From Nitrosopumilus sp. (lineage in GTDB: Archaea; Thermoproteota; Nitrososphaeria; Nitrososphaerales; Nitrosopumilaceae): 64,000 nt of DNA. A program made the translations under genes and the position numbers. The stretch spans positions 1,152,001-1,216,000 of the forward strand of contig OZ245040.1 of assembly GCA_965224195.1 (NCBI GenBank), written 5' to 3'. The notes below the pieces were generated by a model. That model worked only from the letters and a program-made list of their open reading frames with translations. It was not told the origin of the DNA and did not search any database. Below are positions 9,886-20,122 of the stretch, piece after piece. Positions within the stretch are counted from its first letter, which is position 1. Every line of letters starts with the position of its first letter.

Positions 9886-10150
9886 TTGGAGATAACAATT
9901 AGAGATGCAACTAGCAAGGATTACCCTGTACTCTTGGAGCTGCTATACGAATTGGGAAGACCAAGAATACAAAAAGACTATGATGTTGAGATGTTTAGAA
10001 GCAAGATAAAAAAAATACCTGACATCTTTTGATAAAAAAATATCTGTTGCAGAAATTGGTGATATTAAAATTGTAGGAATGGCTAGTGTAATGTTTTTAC
10101 CAAGACTAAACCATACAACTTTAGAGATGTACATCCTAGAACTGTGGTGA
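9886..10150 (+). pseudogene. GNAT acetyltransferase remnant
   Basis: ITIRDATSKDYPVLLELLYELGRP / VAEIGDIKIVGMASVMFLPRLNH..LEMYILEL across a frameshift in an A-run; C-terminus lost. Confidence 0.7.
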
Positions 10151-10524
10151 TAGAAAGTATTTGTTTGCCATAATGGACAACGAGACTAGATTTTGGATTT
10201 CCCAAGTAGCAGATTCAAATTTCCCCCTTTTTCTTTTTTTAAATGCCACAAAAATGCCTTAGAACTATGCAAAAATTTTTAGTCAATGTCCCCCCAGATG
10301 CATCTGGATTTGCCCGATTATATTTGACAAAAACAAGTATGATGTATTGTCTAACATTTCATTCCATTGCAAGAAAATGTATTATGATGATGGTAATCGT
10401 GAAGACGAGTGTTATTACAAGATAGGTTTAGTTGAGATACAAAAGGTTGGAACAAAGTACATTTATCAACAAATTGGAACTAAACGTGGCATAGTACAAG
10501 TGAATGATGAATATTATGATTGAT

Positions 10525-10782
10525 CAGATATTGAACTTAGATGATTTGCTGTGTGATTTCTCAGAGTATGATTTGGATTGTGTCAAATCTATTGCTACAA
10601 AGGTTGCAGCAGTATTTGATAGTGGTATGGATTCCTGATGGTCTGTTGATTGTGCTAAAGGTAAAGACGGCAAATAGTATCTAATTGATATGGCTTTGGG
10701 CGTTATATCTGGTCATTACTTTGAGTGTCCTAACAGACCTAAAGTAAAATATTCTGATGGAGTGAGATTTGCTGATGAGTGA
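10525..10782 (+). pseudogene. ATP-grasp-like C-terminal remnant
   Basis: frame reads ...DS*WSVDCAKGKDGK*YLIDMALG...; in-frame stops at 10636 and 10675. Confidence 0.5.
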
Positions 10783-11017
10783 TGCATTAAAAGTCGCATT
10801 TGTATTAGTTAATGCAAACTTTCCAATAAATGATTCATTAAGAAATAATTTGGAATTAATAGATGAGGTAAAACAGGTATCTAGGACTTTGGGGCCATAT
10901 GATTTTGTCGTAAAGGTTGGAGCATCTAACATTGAAAACCTTCGAGAGGCAATCACCTGGAAGATACGAAAATTATCAGATATAAAATCAACTCTAACGC
11001 TGGTAAAGAACCAATGA
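10769..11017 (+). CDS. stand-alone Lrp/AsnC ligand-binding domain protein
   Basis: AFVLVN...TLGPYDFVVKV...ITWKIRKLSDIKSTLTL, no HTH. Confidence 0.85.
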   Translation: MLMSDALKVAFVLVNANFPINDSLRNNLELIDEVKQVSRTLGPYDFVVKVGASNIENLREAITWKIRKLSDIKSTLTLVKNQ

Positions 11018-11268
11018 CTGATGATTTTGTAGATAAAGTGGATTATGTCAAGTATACGGGACACGACTAGAAATCTTCTTCGTGTAAACATCGGGACATG
11101 CAGCAGGTTTAAATTTTGAATGAAGTTATAATCAGTATGACCGTTCTAAATCATCTTGAGTGCAACTGTGAAATTACAATAAAAAATTTAGTAAATATTA
11201 TAAAAAATTAGCTTGTTTGCATCCTAAAAAGATGTGGATGATAGCATTGGAACTCGGGGGTGATGGAG

Positions 11269-11334
11269 ATGAAGTTCATTACTATCTGTATCCTAGTGCT
11301 GTTGGCTAACGTCAACATTACAATACAGATTTAG
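11269..11334 (+). CDS. putative 21-aa hydrophobic peptide
   Basis: GGGGGTGA SD-like element at 11256-11263; MKFITICILVLLANVNITIQI; hairpin plus T-tract follows. Confidence 0.4.
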   Translation: MKFITICILVLLANVNITIQI

Positions 11335-11335
11335 A

Positions 11336-11359
11336 AAGTGGCAACCCCACTTCTTTTTT
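11336..11359 (+). terminator. hairpin plus oligo-T terminator-like element
   Basis: AAGTGG-CAACC-CCACTT followed by CTTTTTT. Confidence 0.5.
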
Positions 11360-11475
11360 ATTTGCATTTTCAATCAAAGTTTTCCACTTATTATTACTGT
11401 GAATGATAATTGAAGTTCTAGGTACACCTGAAACAATAACCTTTGAAATAAAAGATAAAAAAGTAAGAATAAAAT

Positions 11476-11812
11476 CTACTTAAGATCAACCGTATTGAAC
11501 TCAAGATTTCTTAGATTTTTACCCATTGTTGCTCTGTAATAACTGAATAGTCCAGCTACTCGTTCAGATGTTATTTTTGTCTTAAATGTAGTATTTTGCT
11601 TAATCACTAAATTCTCTCTCACTAGGATTGAAAGACATTTGTCTACTTTTGGGCCTCTCTAATTTTGTAAATTTTGAAATGTCGTCAATTTTTTGTTCTA
11701 ACTCATAATCAGACAAAAGACAATCCAAAATTTTATGCATTCCTTCTGTAGAGAACAATCGTTCTAATGGTAATGCGTATTTGTCTGTAGTCTCGATTTG
11801 GTTTAAAGCCAT
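11476..11812 (-). pseudogene. winged-helix protein, frameshifted
   Basis: ORF 11600-11812 continues in another frame as KVDKCLSILVRENLVIKQNTTFKTK...LFSYYRATM to a stop at 11476. Confidence 0.6.
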
Positions 11813-11842
11813 GCGATAATTGGATTTTGATTCTATTTAAAA

Positions 11843-12118
11843 TTATTCTGCTGGTTTCTTTTCTTTTCTAGTTGCACTATCTTTTTTCCTTCTTGCACCA
11901 AAACTAATCAAAACTAGTAAGAATCCTATACCTACTAAAATCCCTGATAACATTTGATAAGCTTGATTTTGATCCTCAGCTATTAGCAAATCGATAACTT
12001 CCTCTTCACTCATTCCTGATTCTCCTATTGGTTGATCAGCTGATACAATGGTGACGATAATTCCTGCAATGATCATTGCAAGGCCTCCTGATAGAATTCG
12101 TTTATCAGCAAGAACCAT
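11843..12118 (-). CDS. small two-TM membrane protein
   Basis: two hydrophobic helices, basic tail. Confidence 0.8.
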   Translation of the reverse strand: MVLADKRILSGGLAMIIAGIIVTIVSADQPIGESGMSEEEVIDLLIAEDQNQAYQMLSGILVGIGFLLVLISFGARRKKDSATRKEKKPAE

Positions 12119-12163
12119 GTGTAATTTTAGTTGGCTTTCACCATATATTAGGTATTTTGAAAA

Positions 12164-12454
12164 TTAAAATCCTTCAGGTGGTCTTTGAACAAAAACATTG
12201 CAAACTAGCGCATCTGTTTTTTCATCTCTATATTGCACATTACATGACACAAATTTTCCTTTGAGTGCTCTCTCTAAATCTTCTTTAGTTTTCTCTTCGT
12301 ATTGTGGTTGTGCAGGATCATCGATTTTACTCATTATTACTTTTTCAACTTTACCATATTGTTCTGTGTTGTCTTTTCTTGTATGACTGACTAGTAATTC
12401 AAAAGCATTGTTTGTAAGAATTGAAAGTACTGCGCCACCTATTCCATCTCCCAT
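12164..12454 (-). CDS. hypothetical protein (possible thermonuclease-like OB fold)
   Basis: 96-aa ORF co-oriented with mqnD; ...KIDDP...LERALKGKFVSCNVQYRD. Confidence 0.7.
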   Translation of the reverse strand: MGDGIGGAVLSILTNNAFELLVSHTRKDNTEQYGKVEKVIMSKIDDPAQPQYEEKTKEDLERALKGKFVSCNVQYRDEKTDALVCNVFVQRPPEGF

Positions 12455-12480
12455 GGTACTATTTTTTTTCGGTTCTATAA

Positions 12481-13308
12481 TTACTTGCTGGCAATACTAA
12501 TTTCAAAGTCTGGAACAAGCCCTTTCTCTTTTGCCATTTGGAATAGTCTTCTGATTGATTCCTCTCCTGGGTCTCCCATGTTTACAGTTACGTGGTTTAC
12601 ATACATTTTTACAAATTTCTCAATTAGACTTTGTTCTTTACCTCTGGCATATTGCATTGCATATTCTATTGCATCCTCAAAATACTCAATTCCAAACTCT
12701 ATTGATTTTTGCAGATATTTGTCAAACTTTGCTATTGTCTCCATGCCTAGGTCTGTTTTCATGACATTAATCCCTAAAGGTACTGGAAGACCATTTGTGG
12801 TTTTATTCCACCATTCACCAACATCTAAAATTTTGACATTGCCTTCTTGTTCATATGATAATTGAGTTTCATGAATTACTAATCCAGCATCTACTTTACC
12901 TGATTTTACAGCTTCTGGAATATCACTGAAATTCATCTCAACGTAATCAAACTTTCCAATCATTAATTGCAATAGTAAGAATGCCGATGTCATTTTTCCA
13001 GGAATTGCGATTTTGCATTTTTTAATCTCATCAATGCTCATCTGTTTTTTAGCAGTAACAATTGGACCATAGTTAATTCCAAAACTCCCACCACTTCTCA
13101 AGATTGTATATCCTGGGATAAATGCACATGCATGAACTGAAACTGCAGTTACATCAAGTTCTGGATCTGTTGCTTTACGATTTAATTTCTCAATATCTTC
13201 AATAACATGATTTACTGTAAATTCTGGAGATGGAACTTTGCCTGTAAACATTCCATAAAACATGAATGCATCATCTGAATCAGGAGTGTGGCCTACAGAA
13301 ATTTCCAT
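12481..13308 (-). CDS. mqnD: 1,4-dihydroxy-6-naphthoate synthase MqnD
   Basis: GHTPDSDDAFMF, DIEKLN, AIPGKMTSA, GLVIHE, LPVPLG, MYVN motifs; start set at MEISVGH. Confidence 0.9.
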   Translation of the reverse strand: MEISVGHTPDSDDAFMFYGMFTGKVPSPEFTVNHVIEDIEKLNRKATDPELDVTAVSVHACAFIPGYTILRSGGSFGINYGPIVTAKKQMSIDEIKKCKIAIPGKMTSAFLLLQLMIGKFDYVEMNFSDIPEAVKSGKVDAGLVIHETQLSYEQEGNVKILDVGEWWNKTTNGLPVPLGINVMKTDLGMETIAKFDKYLQKSIEFGIEYFEDAIEYAMQYARGKEQSLIEKFVKMYVNHVTVNMGDPGEESIRRLFQMAKEKGLVPDFEISIASK

Positions 13309-13461
13309 ATCTATTTCCTTGATTCTGGTAATAAATACCAAAAAGAAGAGAGAGTGAATCCATTTGTGGTGTGAAAAAAGAATCTCAATGTTTCTAACCG
13401 TATGATCTACTGATCTTTTGAAAAACTAAGGTTTAATACCTGAATCCAAAGTTTTGCGAAT

Positions 13462-15654
13462 ATGGCAAAATTCAAGTCTACTGACGAGGTAATGAAAATT
13501 ATCAAGAACAAGGGCAATATTCGTAACTTTGGTGTTATTGCCCACGTTGACCATGGAAAGACAACAATGAGTGACAGCCTTTTGGCAAACTCTGGAATTA
13601 TTGCTCCCTCAGCTGCTGGAAAAGCACTTGCAATGGACTTTGATAAAGAAGAGCAAGAAAGAGGAATTACAATTTACCAAGCAAACGTTACTTTGCTCTT
13701 TGCCCAAAAAGATCAAGAATATGTAATTAACATGATTGATACCCCAGGCCACGTCGACTTTAGTGGAAGGGTAATTCGAAGTCTCAGAGCAATTGATGGT
13801 GCAGTAGTAGTTTGTGATGCAGTAGAAGGTATCATGACACAAACAGAAACTGTAACTAGAATGGCCCTTGAAGAGCGAGTAAAACCTGTTTTGTTTATCA
13901 ACAAAGTGGATAGGCTCATCAAAGAATTACGATTAACTCCAGAAAAAATGCAAGCACAATTAGCAGAAGTAGTCTCAAATTTCAATACCCTCATTGACAC
14001 ATATGCAGAACCAGAATACAAAGAGAAATGGAAAGTATCCATTCAAGATGCAAGTGTAACATTTGGTTCAGCAAAAGACAGATGGGCAATTAACACTGAT
14101 TTAATGAAAGAAAGAGGAATAACATTCAAAGATGTAATTGATGCATATACTGAAGAAAAACTAGATGCTCTTATTGAAAAAGCACCACTAGCTGATGCAG
14201 TACTTGGAATGGTAGTAAAACATCATCCAGCACCACACGAAGCAATTCCTTACAGAATTCCACAAATTTGGAAAGGTAACTTGGAATCAGATATTGGCAA
14301 AGCTTTGCTTGCAGGTAAAGATGATGGTCCAACTATTATGATGGTTGTAAACATGGTGCTAGATCCTGCAGCAGGTCCTGTTGCAATTGGAAGATTATTT
14401 TCAGGTACAATCAAAGACGGTCAAACTTTACACATTATAGATGAGAAAAGAGAAGGCAGAGTTCAATCAGTCAATTTCTTTATGGGTAACCAAAGAGAAC
14501 AAGTTGGCGAATTGGGTGCAGGAAACATTCCAGCTTTATTGGGATTAACTGAATGTAGAGCAGGAAACACACTATCATCTGTTAAAGGAATTCCAATGTT
14601 TGAAGGTGTGAAATATGTCTCAGAACCAGTCGTTCAAATTGCAATAGAGCCAAAACATCCTAAAGATTTACCTAAACTCGTAGATATTTTAAGACAATTA
14701 ACAATTGAGGATCCAAATTTAGTTGTAAAAATTGATGAGGAATCTGGTGAGACAATTGTTGCAGGAATGGGTGTATTACACTTGGACGTTGCAGTACACA
14801 GAATTCAGGATGCAAAATGTGACATTATAACTTCAGAGCCATTAATCAATTACAGAGAAACTGTAAAGGGTACATGTGAACCAATTATGGCTAAATCACC
14901 AAATAGACACAATAAAATTTTCATGAAAGTAGAGCAACTAGAACCAGAAATTGCACACATGCTAAGAACTGGTGAAATTTCAGATGTTAAAGATAAAACT
15001 GTAGTAAAAGATTTGTTGAAAAATGCAGGATGGGATACTGATACAATCAAGAGAGTTATGAAATTTGATTCACGTGGTAATGTTTTGATTAACGGAACAA
15101 AAGGTGTTCAATTTGTACAAGAGTCAACTGATTCTATTAATTCAGGATTTGAAGAAGTAATGAAAGAGGGTCCTCTCTGTAAAGAACAGATGAGGGATTG
15201 TAAATTCATCTTTACTCACTTTGTTCCTCACGAGGATACAGCACACAGAGGTTTGTCCCAATTAGGACCTGCATCAAGACGTGCATGTATGGGTGCTTTG
15301 TTAACTGCAGGTACTGCAGTGCTAGAGCCAACTCTAGCAATTGAAGTTCGTGTACCAACTGATTTGGTTGGTAATGTTGCAACTATTCTTTCAGGTAAAC
15401 GAGGTAAAGTCCTTGACATGTCACAAAAAGGCGCATCAAGTATTGTAATTGGTGAGATTCCAGCATCTGAGACTTTTACACTATCAGAAGCTATGAGAGG
15501 TCAGACTGCCGGTCGTGCAACCTGGAATACATCATTCAAAGAATGGACAGAAGTTCCAAAATCCATGTTAGAAGCAGCAGTAGCTGATATTAGAAAGAGA
15601 AAAGGATTAGCACCAGAACCACCAGGTGTTGGCGAATTTATCGATAAAGCATAA
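13462..15654 (+). CDS. fusA: archaeal elongation factor 2
   Basis: AHVDHGKT, RGITI, DTPGHVDF, NKVD, diphthamide loop HEDTAHRG. Confidence 0.99.
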   Translation: MAKFKSTDEVMKIIKNKGNIRNFGVIAHVDHGKTTMSDSLLANSGIIAPSAAGKALAMDFDKEEQERGITIYQANVTLLFAQKDQEYVINMIDTPGHVDFSGRVIRSLRAIDGAVVVCDAVEGIMTQTETVTRMALEERVKPVLFINKVDRLIKELRLTPEKMQAQLAEVVSNFNTLIDTYAEPEYKEKWKVSIQDASVTFGSAKDRWAINTDLMKERGITFKDVIDAYTEEKLDALIEKAPLADAVLGMVVKHHPAPHEAIPYRIPQIWKGNLESDIGKALLAGKDDGPTIMMVVNMVLDPAAGPVAIGRLFSGTIKDGQTLHIIDEKREGRVQSVNFFMGNQREQVGELGAGNIPALLGLTECRAGNTLSSVKGIPMFEGVKYVSEPVVQIAIEPKHPKDLPKLVDILRQLTIEDPNLVVKIDEESGETIVAGMGVLHLDVAVHRIQDAKCDIITSEPLINYRETVKGTCEPIMAKSPNRHNKIFMKVEQLEPEIAHMLRTGEISDVKDKTVVKDLLKNAGWDTDTIKRVMKFDSRGNVLINGTKGVQFVQESTDSINSGFEEVMKEGPLCKEQMRDCKFIFTHFVPHEDTAHRGLSQLGPASRRACMGALLTAGTAVLEPTLAIEVRVPTDLVGNVATILSGKRGKVLDMSQKGASSIVIGEIPASETFTLSEAMRGQTAGRATWNTSFKEWTEVPKSMLEAAVADIRKRKGLAPEPPGVGEFIDKA

Positions 15655-15699
15655 ATTTTTTTTAAAAAACTTATACCTAGAATATTTTTAATTAGAATT

Positions 15700-15918
15700 G
15701 TGGTTAGTAATGATGATATTCGAGAATATACCAAGAAAAAATATGGATATTCTGTAAAAAATGGATGGATTGCTCATGCCAAAGAACATTACAATTTAGA
15801 TGTAAATCAGGCACATAATCGCTCAGGTGAGAGAAAATGGCCTTGCCCTAAGAAGAGATTAGTAGAATTTGAAGAAATTTTTACTTATTTTGGGTTGTTA
15901 AAAAAGACAAAAAACTAG
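15700..15918 (+). CDS. small basic hypothetical protein
   Basis: 72 aa; IREYTKKKYGYSVKNGWIAHAKE...PCP; first gene of the island. Confidence 0.7.
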   Translation: MVSNDDIREYTKKKYGYSVKNGWIAHAKEHYNLDVNQAHNRSGERKWPCPKKRLVEFEEIFTYFGLLKKTKN

Positions 15919-17258
15919 TTAGATATTGTCTCTTTTTTATCAAGAATCCTAAAAATGGATTTTCCTGTTTCTGGTTCGATTTCCCATTCAACTTGTTTTA
16001 ATTCCGCTAGCCTTCCCATAGTTGCTACTCTCCACCCTTCAATGTATTTAGCATTTGTTTTATCTAGTATTTTTTCACCTATTTCTTCGTCCATTTCATA
16101 CTCTATTTTTGCAAACTCACATCTTGTTGAAATTTCTGGATTGGATTCAACAAATTCATTATTTGCTCTAATAATTTCTTGATCTAAAACCTTGGCTATA
16201 GGTACTTGTTGTAATGTTGGATCAAATTGATATTTCTGAACTGTCTCTAATGCAACTTTGTGAAATAAACTCTCTAATTTTATTTCAGGAATAATTTTTC
16301 CAATAATGTATTCTCTTTCATCTTTTGATAGTCCTTGTGAATAGTCTTGATTCAAAATTGGATTATCTAATAGATAGAATTCTTTACCTTTTTTAGTTAG
16401 TGAAATGAATTCCTCTTTTCCTTCTTTAGATAATACAGCAAATCCTAACGCAGCTAGCATTCCTTCAAAATACAATTGTTTATCGTTTCTGTCTTTTCGT
16501 GTCTTTCCAATATATTGATCTCTGAATCTTTTCTGAACTGAAACATTATCTTCTGCATCATTACTTAATTTTGGAAACCCTGTAGATATTTTTTTAGCTC
16601 TTTTAATAGAGTTTTTTGTTTCAAACTCTATAATTTTTTCATTAAATTCTGCAGCAATATCTAATGCATCTGCTCTTAATGCTTTTAGGTTTATTTTACT
16701 CAATGATGGATTCTTTCGTAACAAATCAGATAATACTGCCAGTACAATTTTGGATGGAGCAAATCTACTATAGAATCTAAATAATATTGGGTAATCATCA
16801 AATGTAATTACAGAGTTACTTGGTGTTGTAATTTTAAAATTTCTAATATATGTTCGAGTATCTTCTAAATTATTAATTAATTCTAAATAATCATTTTTTG
16901 AGTCTCTTTTTTCTTTTAATCTTAATTCCTCATTGATTGATGGTTTATCTGGTCCTGCAACATATTCTTGATATACTTCTTTTTTGAGATTGCTTTGCAT
17001 CATTTCTTTTTGTTCATCTGTCTGTGGGTATCCTTTCATGACATCCATTGATGATTTTGGGTCCAATTCCCATGTCAGTAATATTTGGATGGCTCTATCA
17101 AGAAATGCTTCTGGATTTCTAAATCTCTGCTTTTTTACTAGTTCATCAATTTTTTTTGCATCTTCATTTAGTGGTATGTACTTTATTTTAGATCCCAATA
17201 TACAATATAATCTATTTATGTTATAAGTATTGTAGTAATATCCATTTTTAACACACAT
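15915..17258 (-). CDS. large hypothetical protein with N-terminal RHH/CopG-like segment (true start probably near 17198)
   Basis: IDELVKKQRFRNPEAFLDRAIQILL; wHTH-like ISLTKKGKEF; long intact ORF. Confidence 0.75.
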   Translation of the reverse strand: MCVKNGYYYNTYNINRLYCILGSKIKYIPLNEDAKKIDELVKKQRFRNPEAFLDRAIQILLTWELDPKSSMDVMKGYPQTDEQKEMMQSNLKKEVYQEYVAGPDKPSINEELRLKEKRDSKNDYLELINNLEDTRTYIRNFKITTPSNSVITFDDYPILFRFYSRFAPSKIVLAVLSDLLRKNPSLSKINLKALRADALDIAAEFNEKIIEFETKNSIKRAKKISTGFPKLSNDAEDNVSVQKRFRDQYIGKTRKDRNDKQLYFEGMLAALGFAVLSKEGKEEFISLTKKGKEFYLLDNPILNQDYSQGLSKDEREYIIGKIIPEIKLESLFHKVALETVQKYQFDPTLQQVPIAKVLDQEIIRANNEFVESNPEISTRCEFAKIEYEMDEEIGEKILDKTNAKYIEGWRVATMGRLAELKQVEWEIEPETGKSIFRILDKKETISN

Positions 17259-17298
17259 TTTAATTTGCGATCGTAATATTTTAAGAATTTAGGCATAA

Positions 17299-17820
17299 AT
17301 GTACTGCTTTTGGATCTATTATATTGAAGAGAAACCATTTATGTTAAACATAAAGAATTATATAATATACTTACGTACAATATACATGGTCGCAACAACA
17401 CATGGAAATAAACTCGTTCTAGATACTTGTGTCATAATCAATATTCTGGAGAATAGGTCAGTAGCTGATCTAATCAAATGTCATATTGATACTGAAAATT
17501 GTAGAGTTTATCTAAACAGTGTATCCCTTGATGAAGCCTCAAGAAAAGGATACGGCAAAAAACAACTAGTTTCAAAAATTTCAGAATACTTGGATACTTT
17601 GGTAATTGTAAAAGAAGTGACTAATGAGAATTACATCGAAGCCCAAAAATTAGAAGATAATTGTTCTTTAATTCATCATGGTGATTCTGCAATTGCAGCA
17701 TTTTCAGTTGAGAATAAATCAACTTTGGTTACATATGACAAAGAACTTCTCAAAGGATGTAATGTTGTAGGAATTCCAACTTTTAATCCAAACATGATTT
17801 TAGGAGGAATGACAGCATGA
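17299..17820 (+). CDS. PIN-domain protein (start probably MVATTHG)
   Basis: LVLDTCVII...SLDEA...GDSAIAA...LVTYDKEL acidic PIN residues. Confidence 0.9.
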   Translation: MYCFWIYYIEEKPFMLNIKNYIIYLRTIYMVATTHGNKLVLDTCVIINILENRSVADLIKCHIDTENCRVYLNSVSLDEASRKGYGKKQLVSKISEYLDTLVIVKEVTNENYIEAQKLEDNCSLIHHGDSAIAAFSVENKSTLVTYDKELLKGCNVVGIPTFNPNMILGGMTA

Positions 17821-18680
17821 GTCTAATATCTATTCCTGAAGCATATTCTCTTAGCACTGGTATTGAAGTTGAAGGAATTGTAAAATCTATGGAAAAAGGC
17901 AAATGGGTTTGGATTAATTATTTACAAGATTACAAACGTGTTTGTAATGCAAAATTAACTGATGGTAAAGACAATAAGATAAATATTGCATTTTGGGACG
18001 ACGATATTCTTGCAGTTAGAAACAATCTAAAAATCCACATTACTGATGCAGAATGGGATGACACAAAAAAAGTTCTTTACAAAACAAAATTTGGTTCAAT
18101 AATTGTTTTAGGCTTTAATCCTAATTTAATTAAAAATGACATCATCAATATTAAAAAACGAAAGAAGATAATTTCTTTCAAAGAATACCAAAAACATGTT
18201 GAAAATAGCCCTGACCTCATGTATCTTGGCAAAGATAAAAAAGAATATTTACTTATCACAAAAGCATTTACTCAAATTGAAAAATATGCATCAAAATTTA
18301 GAAACAGTGGTGTATCACAAGCAATAAAATATTTGCATAATAGAATCACCCTTTCAGCAGAACAAATTCATACAATTCTTAAAATCTTTAATATTTCTGT
18401 TCCATGTGACAGAATTTTAAGAAATTCTATTCCTTCTAAACTGAAAGAAAATAAAATAATTCATACTAAAAATTCATACAAAATAAATATAAAAAAGAGT
18501 GATTCGGATTCTATTCATTTAGAGACAATTATTGCAGAAAATGTTGAAGGACCAAGATATACAGAACTACCTAGTGAAATATCTGTTAATGAGGTATCTT
18601 CAGATAGTAAATTTACGCCTATAATGATAGAAGATACTAAACATTGTGGAAATTTTGACACATATGGAGATTCAGCATGA
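17817..18680 (+). CDS. OB-fold (RPA/SSB-like) domain protein with C-terminal extension
   Basis: IEVEGIVKS...VCNAKLTDG..KINIAFWDDDI..KIHITDA; ATGA overlap with PIN gene. Confidence 0.7.
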   Translation: MSLISIPEAYSLSTGIEVEGIVKSMEKGKWVWINYLQDYKRVCNAKLTDGKDNKINIAFWDDDILAVRNNLKIHITDAEWDDTKKVLYKTKFGSIIVLGFNPNLIKNDIINIKKRKKIISFKEYQKHVENSPDLMYLGKDKKEYLLITKAFTQIEKYASKFRNSGVSQAIKYLHNRITLSAEQIHTILKIFNISVPCDRILRNSIPSKLKENKIIHTKNSYKINIKKSDSDSIHLETIIAENVEGPRYTELPSEISVNEVSSDSKFTPIMIEDTKHCGNFDTYGDSA

Positions 18681-18762
18681 TAAATTAAATTAAAAAGAAT
18701 ACATTGTGTCATGAGAGTTTAAAAGATGTCAACATACATCAAAAAATAGGAGACAATTAAAC

Positions 18763-20115
18763 ATGGTCCAAAATAAAATTGATAAAAAAGCAGCTCAAAA
18801 GATTTTAGATTATATTGATACTAATGATGTTGAAACTGCTAGAAAAGGAGATATTATTGTAAATGGGAAAACTGAACAAAAATTGGCTCACACATTACCG
18901 AGAAGTCTTTTAAAACTAAATATTGACAATCATCGTTTTAGTACTGCAATCGAGACATTAAGGCAAGAACGAAAAGAAGAAGGTAAATCCCCTGAATTGA
19001 ATATGGGTAATAAATCCGACATAGATGAAATTAGAAATATGCTTAGGGGAATTAACCCCTTAAATTCAAATAGAAAAACACAATACAATAAACTATTACA
19101 AGAAGTAAAAGAATATTCAATAGAAAATTCTGGCAATGGATTAACAGCCTTGACCATTGTTACCGCTGATGGAATATACGTTAATGGAAATAGACGAGAT
19201 ACTGTTTTAGAAGATTTAACAGAACAAGAAAATAAAAAGAAACTAGGTGGATTACCCCAAAAATATGAAGATATTGAGGTAATAGTTTGTCCAGATACAC
19301 TCACTGCATCAGACATACGTCAAATGGAATTAAAAGAACAAGTTGGTCTTAGTCTTCGTGATGAATATGATAAAATGAATACCGCATTATTGATTAAAGA
19401 AGAATATGAAACCTTACTTGAAGGTAAGGGACCAGGTAAAGAAAGTGAGGTAAAAAATATAATTGCAAGTAGAATTGCAGGTAAAGACAAAACGCATGTT
19501 AGTGATTATTTAAAATTTTTAGAATTTGTAGATCTAGTACTTGAAGCACTAGATAAAGAGGGAGAATATTATAAAATTAACACAAAAACTGATAATGAAA
19601 AAGATTCGCAACCAGTCACAACCATTTGTATTGAATTTCAAAAGCAATGGGAAAAAGTAGAATCAAGTAAACAAAAAACAAATGTTGTTTATCATTGTGC
19701 AGCATATTGTCAGGGTGTTTTTAATCAACCAAAAGCAGATTCAGGAGATTATAAATTCAATTCAAGAAGTAAAAGAATTTTAAGTTCTGCTTTAAACAAA
19801 AAAAGTGCTAAACAATTACTGGACAATTATGATATGACTGATTTTGACTTTAGTTCCGATGCAGAGGTTAAAAAATATGGAACTATGTTACAACAGGTTG
19901 AAGACAAAGCAAAAAATGAAACGTGGTTAGAAACTCCAGAGAAACTCCTGAAATCAATAGAAGGTTCACTTTTTACTATAGATGAGGCATTATCTACATC
20001 TGAAAGTAAAAAAGTAAAAGCAAGATTAGAGCATGTACACGTAAAAAGATCTTTAAAATTATTTGTAGAGATTATAGATAAAATTGAGCATAAAATGAAA
20101 ACAATAAAGGATTAA
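18763..20115 (+). CDS. ParB/Srx-like domain protein
   Basis: LNIDNHRF and IVTADGIYVNGNRRDTVL (GxxR motif); helical C-terminus. Confidence 0.75.
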   Translation: MVQNKIDKKAAQKILDYIDTNDVETARKGDIIVNGKTEQKLAHTLPRSLLKLNIDNHRFSTAIETLRQERKEEGKSPELNMGNKSDIDEIRNMLRGINPLNSNRKTQYNKLLQEVKEYSIENSGNGLTALTIVTADGIYVNGNRRDTVLEDLTEQENKKKLGGLPQKYEDIEVIVCPDTLTASDIRQMELKEQVGLSLRDEYDKMNTALLIKEEYETLLEGKGPGKESEVKNIIASRIAGKDKTHVSDYLKFLEFVDLVLEALDKEGEYYKINTKTDNEKDSQPVTTICIEFQKQWEKVESSKQKTNVVYHCAAYCQGVFNQPKADSGDYKFNSRSKRILSSALNKKSAKQLLDNYDMTDFDFSSDAEVKKYGTMLQQVEDKAKNETWLETPEKLLKSIEGSLFTIDEALSTSESKKVKARLEHVHVKRSLKLFVEIIDKIEHKMKTIKD

Positions 20116-20122
20116 GGTATCT

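Noticed and set aside
18763-20115. Chromosome or plasmid partition (ParAB) or Dnd phosphorothioation locus
   Set aside because: No ParA, no DGQHR motif, no dndC/dndD; context is SNF2, nuclease and MTase
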